Shown here in pieces: positions 43,046 to 51,400 of a DNA stretch of 64,000 bases. The stretch covers positions 186,001 to 250,000 of the IMG/VR virus record IMGVR_UViG_3300035182_002586. One strand, given 5' to 3'. A program made the position numbers and the translations under genes. Within the stretch, counting starts at the first letter, position 1, and each line of letters opens with the position of its first letter. The notes below the pieces were generated by a model. That model saw only the letters and a list, made by a program, of their open reading frames with translations. It had not been told where the DNA came from and did no database searches.

Positions 43046-45630
43046 CGCTTGCTCAGGAGGTTGCCCTTGATCCGGAACACGCTCGCGACCGTCGTGTTCT
43101 GGGTAAGGTCAGAGTTGAAGACCACGTTGTTCCTCTCGTCGAAGAAGGCTCCCCGAATGAGGAGCATGAGGGCAAGCTGCCCCGGCATCCCGATCGGAGA
43201 GGCGGGAGGAAGCTCCACGAGGACAGGTAGGATGACCTTGTGGCGCGTCGGATCGGACAGGTCTTGTGCGTACGCGTTCGGGACGTACCCACCGGAGTAG
43301 TTCTTGAAGAACGTGCGCCCTTCCACGTCCGTGTCGCCGATACCCCGAGTGAACGTCGCGAGGTTGGTCGTGTCCGGGGAGTAGGGGACGTTGACCGGGA
43401 GCTGGAGGAAGCCTGTGGCAGCGTTGAAGGTCGCCGTAGCCACCTCCGCACGCCCGTTGAACATGTGCTCCCCGTCGAAGCTACCAGCCGAAGTGGGGTA
43501 CACCCCGCCCGTCTGCACGTACGCGTAGGGGAACGGGTACGCTTCATCCGGCGACCCCGAACCGACCGTCAGCGTGTAGATCTTGTCGGAGACATACCGG
43601 GGGATGACGGAGAGTGTCGTGCCGACGATGGCACTGCGGACCGTCTGAGGGGCTCGGGTCTGGTACCAGAGCGAGATCTGCTCGTCGTTCTGCGGCAGGG
43701 GCCTGAGAGACGAGTACGTGATGGCGATCACGTCGCCAGGGCTCGTGTAGTCCGCAGCGTTCGAGAACGTGACGATGCGACCCGTCGAGTCGAGCGAGAC
43801 GCCTCCCACGAGCGGACCACCGTTCCGGAGGACGGTGTTGATCGTGTTCACGCGCTCCGGCATGATGAAGGACGAGGCGTTGACGGTCTCCGTGCTCGCA
43901 GCCAGCGTGATGGTCTGGTTGACCGTCGTGTACTGGAGCTGCACCTCGCGGTGGGCGTTGTCGAACCCACAAGAGGCTGCGAGAGCGGAGTACGCAACCG
44001 GAGCGGCTGCGGGGAGCTGTGCCGGGTTGTTGACCGTAATACTAGACGTACCGTACGTGCTTGTCGGTGTGTACGTGAGCCCCTGGCCCGACGGGTACGC
44101 CACGAGGATGTCGATGTCGAGCGGTTCGTCGGTGAGGCCGATGCCCGTGTAGGACACGAAGAAGGACAGGTCCACGGGGACCACGGGATCTGCCCCGAGG
44201 CCAGAGACCGATCCGATGTACGGCATCGCGTCGACACACTTCTTGCCCGCCGCAGCACCGGACCACCTCGCTGCCACGATGTCCATGAACAGGACCTCGG
44301 CAGGGTTGTACGAGGCCCAGTTGAAGGCTGCGTACGGGTAGATCGGAAGCGCCGTGGGGTCGATGGTGACCGTGGACCCGATCAGCCACCCGCCCAAGGG
44401 GGCCGGGATCCGCACCGTGACGACTTCGGTGATGGCGCGATCGGAGAAGACGCGGCGAGCTGCATCGAACTCCCCGATGAGCGGGCCGCCGGGCGTCGAA
44501 CCCGTGACAATGCCGTCTCCACCGTGGGCGTTGCTGATGCCGATCTCGTCGTTGAACAGGAACGTGTGCCCGCTCACCCCGCCACCGTAGAGGGTCGTCG
44601 TCCACTCGGTGTTGAGGTCGTTGTCGAGGAGGTTCTGGAACGAGCGACGGAGGACGTCCGAGTAGTCCCATCCGGTGGGGGAGACACCCACGCGGAAGTC
44701 TACGAGGTCGCTTCCGTCGAGGAGGTCGTAGAAACGACCGTCGGGGCGTCCAGAGGGGCCACCGAAAGCGCCTGCGCCGTTCTGGTTCGAGTTGCGATCG
44801 AACGCCGTCTGGTTGCGACGGAAGGCGCCGATCAGAGGCATCGCGTAGACGTACCCGTCGACTGTGTTGAGAGCGTTCGCCGGGTTGCCGTCACCTGCAC
44901 GCCAGAGAGCGGGGTCACCGTTCGCAGCTTGGTTGACGTAGGGGAAGATGGTGGCCACGCCATCCGGCGCAGCGGGGCCCGTGGGGCTGCTGTTGGCGAA
45001 GATAGCGGGGTCGTTGAGGACGTACGGGTAGGCGAAGATGTCGACCCCGGAAATCACGCGAAGACGGTACTGGATCTGGACGCGCTTGGTGGACTCCGCG
45101 CCTACGCCGGCATCCAAAATGTCATCCGCCGGGTTCAGTGCGGCGTCCGACCCGATGGGGACCTTCACGTTGCCGTTGAGCCAAATGCGTCCCGTGAAGG
45201 ACTTGCCATCTGTGCTCGGAGACGCCGAGATCAGCTTGCGCCAGACCTCCAGGATCACGACGTCCGTGCGCTTCGTGCCAGCCCCTACGGGAGCTGCCGG
45301 GAGCGTGATCTGGTTGTCCGTGACCATCGAGGTGTTCGTGACCTGGATGATCCACCCGTTGACGTGTGCCGTGAGCGGGCTGATGGTGAAGATGTTCGGG
45401 GCCGTGATCGAGAACCCGAGAGGTGCACCTCCGAGGAGATCTGGAGAGATCCACCCGGAAGGCGTGCTCAAACGGATGGCGCGCTGTGCCGCCCCGTCAT
45501 CGATGTCCTGCGCAAGGTTCAGCTCCTTGTCGAGGACCGGCTTGCCTGCTTGGTAGACCGCCGTTTCCCACGCACGACCATCGGGGTCGAGGTATCCGGA
45601 GACGGCAGGCCCGTAGTTCTTCTGGCTCAT
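43042..45630 (-). CDS. virion structural protein (DUF4815-like N-terminus), paralogue of 25756-30096
   Basis: YQAGKPVLDKELN, RTDVVILEVW, STKRVQIQYRLRV, LWRAGDG...TVDGY.YA, RPDG.F.D. Confidence 0.7.
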   Translation of the reverse strand: MSQKNYGPAVSGYLDPDGRAWETAVYQAGKPVLDKELNLAQDIDDGAAQRAIRLSTPSGWISPDLLGGAPLGFSITAPNIFTISPLTAHVNGWIIQVTNTSMVTDNQITLPAAPVGAGTKRTDVVILEVWRKLISASPSTDGKSFTGRIWLNGNVKVPIGSDAALNPADDILDAGVGAESTKRVQIQYRLRVISGVDIFAYPYVLNDPAIFANSSPTGPAAPDGVATIFPYVNQAANGDPALWRAGDGNPANALNTVDGYVYAMPLIGAFRRNQTAFDRNSNQNGAGAFGGPSGRPDGRFYDLLDGSDLVDFRVGVSPTGWDYSDVLRRSFQNLLDNDLNTEWTTTLYGGGVSGHTFLFNDEIGISNAHGGDGIVTGSTPGGPLIGEFDAARRVFSDRAITEVVTVRIPAPLGGWLIGSTVTIDPTALPIYPYAAFNWASYNPAEVLFMDIVAARWSGAAAGKKCVDAMPYIGSVSGLGADPVVPVDLSFFVSYTGIGLTDEPLDIDILVAYPSGQGLTYTPTSTYGTSSITVNNPAQLPAAAPVAYSALAASCGFDNAHREVQLQYTTVNQTITLAASTETVNASSFIMPERVNTINTVLRNGGPLVGGVSLDSTGRIVTFSNAADYTSPGDVIAITYSSLRPLPQNDEQISLWYQTRAPQTVRSAIVGTTLSVIPRYVSDKIYTLTVGSGSPDEAYPFPYAYVQTGGVYPTSAGSFDGEHMFNGRAEVATATFNAATGFLQLPVNVPYSPDTTNLATFTRGIGDTDVEGRTFFKNYSGGYVPNAYAQDLSDPTRHKVILPVLVELPPASPIGMPGQLALMLLIRGAFFDERNNVVFNSDLTQNTTVASVFRIKGNLLSKR

Positions 45631-46451
45631 GCCGCCCTCTCACCGCGACGGTTCAGCACGACACCAGCTTTACGCCGGTACCAAGCCACCATCTCTCGTG
45701 AAATGCCTGTCTTCATCGCCAGTTCCTTGTCAGGCACCACCCCAAGAAGCTCCGGGTGGGGGAAGGGCACGAACCTCTGGTCCGTTGGGGTCGGGATGCG
45801 TGTCTCGATCTCACGAAAGCGTTGAATGAGAAGATCCCCGTAACAGGGGGCTTCTGGACGCACTTTCGTGAATCCTCGACTGCGGTGGCAGTTCGCACAC
45901 ACAAGGTGGCATTTCCGCAGTTCAGACACGAGGACGTTGGTGGGGCCCCCCACAAGTCGCGCGACATTCGACACCTTTGCCTCGACCCCCGTGTGGTCGA
46001 AGTCCATCTGGCACGGCTTGAAGTACCCACCGCAGTCGAGGCAGGGGGTCGTAGACTTCAACTCGTCCAGAATCGCCTTGTGTTGCTCGAAACGTCGCGT
46101 CTTGTAGCTGTTGCTGCCGTGGTACGTGCGAAGCCGGTGGCAGTTGGCGCATACGAGGTCGCACTTGGCGATCTCGTTCAGCACCGTCTCCCAGGTGAAC
46201 ATACGTTTGACCATGGACGCGACATCATCTGTTTTGAATGCCGGGTCACGATGATCGAAGTCCATCACGTAGTATGGGAAGGCCCTTCGGCAGTCCGTGC
46301 AGGGCTCTGACTTGAGCCTCTGGACCTCAGCGTAACGATCATGTCGTCGACGCTTGTTGGCGACGGCCATACGGCCATTGAGCACATCCCTGTGCCCCGC
46401 GTAGTACGCTCGGTGGTAGGCGTTTTTTTCGATCCGATCTTTGTGCGGCAT
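45627..46451 (-). CDS. HNH endonuclease with two tandem HNH domains and C-terminal HTH
   Basis: 2x (CxDC...MDFDH...KC.LVCANCHR), then PDKELAMKTGISREMVAWYRRK; paralogue of 42308-43045. Confidence 0.85.
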   Translation of the reverse strand: MPHKDRIEKNAYHRAYYAGHRDVLNGRMAVANKRRRHDRYAEVQRLKSEPCTDCRRAFPYYVMDFDHRDPAFKTDDVASMVKRMFTWETVLNEIAKCDLVCANCHRLRTYHGSNSYKTRRFEQHKAILDELKSTTPCLDCGGYFKPCQMDFDHTGVEAKVSNVARLVGGPTNVLVSELRKCHLVCANCHRSRGFTKVRPEAPCYGDLLIQRFREIETRIPTPTDQRFVPFPHPELLGVVPDKELAMKTGISREMVAWYRRKAGVVLNRRGERAA

Positions 46452-46458
46452 GGCCCCC

Positions 46459-47118
46459 TCAGAAGGTCAGTCGCCACGTAATTGTGAGCGTCGACGTAGG
46501 TGGCTTGGAAATTGCGTTGAACGTGAGGTAGTTGATGAGAGTCTCTTTCGTCGTGAGATCGACGAGAGGGTTGTACGGCCCGTTCGGGGGACTCACGGGG
46601 TTGCGGATCGACAGGTTCGTCGAGATGTTCCCGCCTACGAGTCCCATCTCGCAGAGTGGACCCACGGCCTCCGACTCGCTGAACGTCGTCGTGAAGTCCA
46701 CGACGTGCGTGGGGATCGCAGTCGGGACGCCTCCAGCGTCGATGAACTGCGTCTGCGCGAAGGTCTTGCGGCTCAGCTCTGAAAAGAGAGCGCGCTGTGT
46801 GGCGGTCGGAGCGGGCGGGGCCAGGGGGTTCCAGCCAACGTCACCCGTACCGACTGCGAGAACATAGGCGCTGAACGGTGGCTCGGCGCTCAGCTTCATC
46901 AAGCGAGCGATCAGGATCGAGGCGTCGAGGACGACGAGATTGCGGTGCTCGCGCTCGTCCTGGATCTCCCCGGTCTCGCCGTCTCGGAGGGTGATGAAGA
47001 CATCGCCACGGATGTAGTAGCCAGACGGACCGAGTTTCTCCTCGTTCCGCAAGCCCATTCCGAAGCTAGGGGGCGCCGCCTGTACCGAGCGAAATTGCTC
47101 GCCGATTTTCATTCTCAT
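46459..47118 (-). CDS. baseplate / tail-fibre attachment protein
   Basis: NLVV...LAVGTG...L.SELSRK...F.TTF...EAVGPL.EMGL...K....L.ITWRLTF resembles myophage baseplate proteins. Confidence 0.65.
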   Translation of the reverse strand: MRMKIGEQFRSVQAAPPSFGMGLRNEEKLGPSGYYIRGDVFITLRDGETGEIQDEREHRNLVVLDASILIARLMKLSAEPPFSAYVLAVGTGDVGWNPLAPPAPTATQRALFSELSRKTFAQTQFIDAGGVPTAIPTHVVDFTTTFSESEAVGPLCEMGLVGGNISTNLSIRNPVSPPNGPYNPLVDLTTKETLINYLTFNAISKPPTSTLTITWRLTF

Positions 47119-47143
47119 CCCTCCGCGTTCAATCGGAGGGGGA

Positions 47144-47150
47144 CATAAGA
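47144..47150 (-). promoter_or_regulatory. putative late-promoter motif variant TCTTATG
   Basis: In the short gap upstream of ATG 47118. Confidence 0.35.
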
Positions 47151-47164
47151 GGAACCGCGCGGTT

Positions 47165-48457
47165 CTACGTGGCGGAGGCCGAAACCGTGGCGGAGGCCGA
47201 AACCGCAGCCGTGGCACCGTAGCCCATCGCCGCCGCCGCGCTGGTGGCTGCCTCGGCTACGAGGGGCATGCTGACGATGAGCAACGTGGCCGGACCCGGG
47301 GGGATCGGCGTCAGGTTGTCGGCCGTGATGAAGACCGGAGGGACCGTCGCCCCTGTATTGTCGAAGAGCTTCCAGGCCGTGTTGTTCAACAGGGCGACGC
47401 GGTTCTTGACCCACGTTTCCTGCAAGGTTGCCGTCACGGCGCCGTCGATGGGCGCCGGCACGAAGTCGTTGTTGTGCGACCCCGTGAACTCCAGGATGAA
47501 CTTGGCGTCCACCAGCCGGGGGAAGGGGGCGAAGAGAACGTCCTGGTTGAGCGCCGTCGCGTAGGGGGTCGGGGTGACAGACCCTCCGAACGTGTAGAGC
47601 GGCCGTGGGTCGAGGGGCTGCGGGAGGGTGTACGTGTCGTACGCCTTCGAGCAGACGCCCACCTCGTCGACCTGCATGGTCGAATTCGGTACGGCGGTGA
47701 CGAGTGCCGGGGAGAAGAACACGAGCCCGAGAGGGTTCCCGAGCAGCCCTCCAGACACCTCTCCCGTGAAGTCGCTGACTCGGAACGTCCCCGTCGAGGC
47801 CGCCTTGACCCACTGGAAAGCCGAAGTGGGCGGGGAGATGGCGTCCCCGCCAAGGTCGACGACACCAGGGCCTAGAGCCACCTGGTAGTAGATCGTCGAG
47901 CGCATGGGGGTGCTGAGGACGAGGACGAGGCTGGTAGCTCCTCGTTCAACGACCACGGAGGTCACGGGGATGGGGGGTCCGTTGACCTCCGTGACCGTGT
48001 AGCTCGTCGGATCCGTCAGTGCCGCGTTCTGGAGTAGTTCTGCGTTGAAGACCAGGTGGATGCGGGTCTCCGAGGTCCCGACAGCGCGGAAAGCTCCCCC
48101 AGGACCACTCGGCCCTGCGAAGGTGGCCGTGTTGTGCGCCGGGTTGATCGGCGTGCCTACCGTGCTCGTGATCCCTACGACGGTGACTTCGTAGGGGATG
48201 TGGATGAGCGGGGGTGCACTGACGATCAGGCGTGCCGTCGTCCCGGAGGGACGCTGCACCGACGTGACCGTGACCGGAGGAGAGACCTGGTAGTTCGCCG
48301 GATTTGCAGACGCCGCGTCGTACGCAACGACATCGTTGAACTCGACGTCGATCGCGTACGGGGTGATCGCGGTGGCACCGGTGACGATGAAGTCCGCGAT
48401 TGACCCGTACGGGTCAATACCGAGAGCACTAGTTCCGTAGGGGCCGACGAAAGGCAT
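47165..48457 (-). CDS. virion protein with tandem Ig-like domains
   Basis: ATG 48457; two repeats of I.V.F...A..P.NY.V...V.SV...Y.V. Confidence 0.65.
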   Translation of the reverse strand: MPFVGPYGTSALGIDPYGSIADFIVTGATAITPYAIDVEFNDVVAYDAASANPANYQVSPPVTVTSVQRPSGTTARLIVSAPPLIHIPYEVTVVGITSTVGTPINPAHNTATFAGPSGPGGAFRAVGTSETRIHLVFNAELLQNAALTDPTSYTVTEVNGPPIPVTSVVVERGATSLVLVLSTPMRSTIYYQVALGPGVVDLGGDAISPPTSAFQWVKAASTGTFRVSDFTGEVSGGLLGNPLGLVFFSPALVTAVPNSTMQVDEVGVCSKAYDTYTLPQPLDPRPLYTFGGSVTPTPYATALNQDVLFAPFPRLVDAKFILEFTGSHNNDFVPAPIDGAVTATLQETWVKNRVALLNNTAWKLFDNTGATVPPVFITADNLTPIPPGPATLLIVSMPLVAEAATSAAAAMGYGATAAVSASATVSASAT

Positions 48458-48467
48458 CTGAGGGCTC

Positions 48468-51400
48468 CTAGGAATCGATGAAGAGTTGGACCGTGCCCGC
48501 AGACGGGTCGCGGACGATGCGGTAGTCGTGGAACAACCCATCCAAGAAGTCGAACGGGAGTCCGCCCACGATGGTCAGGCTGTTCATGTCGTAGACGAGA
48601 ACGTACCTCTCTCCCGTGACGACGGTGACAAGGCCCAAGCCGAAGGTCAGGCCGGGGGCGGAGAAGCCGAACCGGACCTGCGAGTCCCCGAGACCCCCGG
48701 AGGCGTCGTTCAGCAGCCGGATCCGGAAGAGGATCTGCGTTTGGAGACCAGGGGCGTCCGGGAGCGGCGTCATGTTGCGGTACGCCGTCTTCGTGCCGAC
48801 CCCCAGGGTTCCGTACGTCAACACCCCGGCGAAGGCTGAACGGGACACCTCGCTCGGGTTGTCGCTCTGGATGGTCCACGGGGTCGGCGACAGCGTATTC
48901 TCGGGGAGAGCCGTGCCGTCGTAGACGAGGCAGACACGGTTCTGGTAGGAGAGTGTCCCGAGGTCCGAGAACGAGTCGTCGAACGGTGCGAGGATGTCGG
49001 AGTCCCCGGTGATCGTCTCGACGAGCTGGAGGCTGTTGTAGAGCACGTCGTCCGGCACGATTAGCCGGATCTGGCTCGTAGCGTTGTTGAGGATGAACGG
49101 CCCGTTGTTGTTCAGCACGTCCTCGGGCCGGTTGAGGCCCGAGATAGGGACGAGCGTGGGGACAGGGTGGCGCACTTCACTCGTCTGCGTGAGCAGCATC
49201 GGTGGCGTACCCTGGTTCAACCGCGTGTAGGCCGCGATGGTCGCATCCTGGAGGAAGTCCGGGGCCGTTTGCGGGGGGATCCCCGTCGAGCTGCTCCAGA
49301 ACCCGGTGTGCGGGTGCGCCACCATCGCCGTGAGGTGCTCTGGCGACGAGATGGTGTTCCGCTGGTTGAGGATCTGGTGGGGCGGGACGGTGCGAAGTTC
49401 GACCGGCGACCGGACGATGCCGAAGCGCACGAAGTCCCACGAGGACTGCGAGAGGTTGGTCGGGTCGAAGGCTCCGAACGCGATCGCAGGAAGTCCGCCG
49501 GAGATCTTCCGCACGATCCCTGCGAGGGACGAAGGCAGGTCGAGGTTGTTGTACCCGAGCTGGATGATCGGGGCGGCTGCTCCGTCGAGGAAGAGAGCAA
49601 CCCCACCCCCAGGATCTCGGACCAGCCGGTAGGTGTGCTGGATGGACCAGTCGACCTGCGCAGGGATTCGGTACGTGACCCTTGACGGCTGCACCGGGAA
49701 CGGTGTCGACACGTCTACGGTCAGGGCCATGGAGGCCACGGAAGCAATGAGGTAGACGCCCTTGTTCGGGCCATCGTCGACGATCAGGTAGTCGCCTGCC
49801 ACGACTCCTGCGGCCACGAAGTCGGCCGCGCCGTCTCCGAGTGCGTTCCCGATCACGAGTGCGTTGCGCCCCTGCGTCTTGGTCGGGAGGTGGTAGTCCA
49901 CGAGCGTGCCCGTGCTCGTACCCTTCCAGATACCCGCGAATCGCTTCGGGTTGCTGTAGACCTGCCACGCGTTCGCGTAGAACCAGTCGACGACGGAGAG
50001 GGCGCCTGTGCTGCTAGAGGTGGCCGACCCCCATGAGATGACCCCGTTGGCAACCGGTGCCGGGATGGAGAACGACGTGTACGGCATCGTCCCAAGGAGG
50101 ACGGCATCGGCGAACACCGAGACGACGTTGGATCCGGGCACAACGACGAAGCGGTATGTGTGCGGCTTGCCGTCGAACCACTCGAAGGCGAACTGCCCAC
50201 CCAAGAGAGGCACACCGTCCGAGTGGAACGTGACGTAGCGCGTCCCGCTGACGTCCTGGAGCAAAATGCCCACAGACCTCCCGAGGTCGTAGGTCTGAGC
50301 CGTGATGCCTGCGAAGCCCGTCCCGTCCACCGTGTAGGACCGGACCTGCACTCGGATCTCCATGATGTAGGAGCCCGAGGTGGCCACCACGTGGGGGAGG
50401 TTCGTGTCGTCGACGTAGTAGACCTTGCCGCTGCCTACGAGCGCGTCGGTGATGCGCAGCGTACGGCCGACCATCGTTGCCGTAGCCGTCCCCATCGGCG
50501 TCCACGCGGTGGGAGTGGCGTTCTCCGGGAGACAACGCCCGCCGTAGCTGTACTTCGAGCTGGCGTGATCCGGGAAGAAGCAGAGCTGAATGAGACGGTC
50601 CCCATCATCGATCGCCGCCATCATCGCGTTCGGGGCGATCCCGTGCGTGAAGGTCCGAAGCTGTGCTCCGATGTCGAGCACCACGTCGGACGAGGCGATG
50701 AGCAAGGGCTCGATCTTCATGTACCCACGGAAGTCACCTCCGACGAGCCCGACGAGCGCCTCGGTGGCCTCCGTCGTCGCACTCGTCGAGTCGACGAGCA
50801 GAACGCTGCTCCCGATGATGGTCTCGTTCCCGTGGTAGCCGATGGGCGTCCACGGAGGGGTAGACTCTTCTGGCGGCTGCGTAGCCTCGTAGGAGACGAA
50901 GCTGGACGGTGCGGTCTGTGTGGGGTTGGTCGGCAGGACCGTGTAGCTGAGGAAGCTCCACGTCGAGGTGTTCTCCGCAGGGCGAGAGATCGAACCGAAG
51001 AACACCCCCTGGAGAGCCAGGAACGGGTCGTCCAGCTCCTCCAGGAAGGGCAGGTCAGCCTCCACGAGGCGGAGCGATTCGACCACTTCTCCGTCGACGT
51101 AGAGGCGCAGGATGCCCGAAAGGTCCCGGTAGATGCGGTAGCTGTGGAGGATCGACCAGTCGAACTCGAAGGGGGCTCCAGTGGCGTTGCCCGAACCGTC
51201 GATGCCACCGGACCAGGCGGAGATGTCCGAGGGGTCGTTGCCGTACCCCTTCTTGAGGAAGCCGATCTTCTTCACTCCACCGTCATCGAGGAAGCCGACG
51301 ATGGCTGCGCGCAGGTCGTCCGAGTACCCCACCGCGACGCCCGTGAAGACGCCTTGCGGGATGGGGTCCGCGTTGATGAGGCAGCGCCAGGCGGCTGCGA

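Noticed and set aside
42308-46451. HNH genes as group I intron or intein cargo
   Set aside because: The flanking genes look complete, with their own starts and stops, and there is no non-coding room for an intron core.
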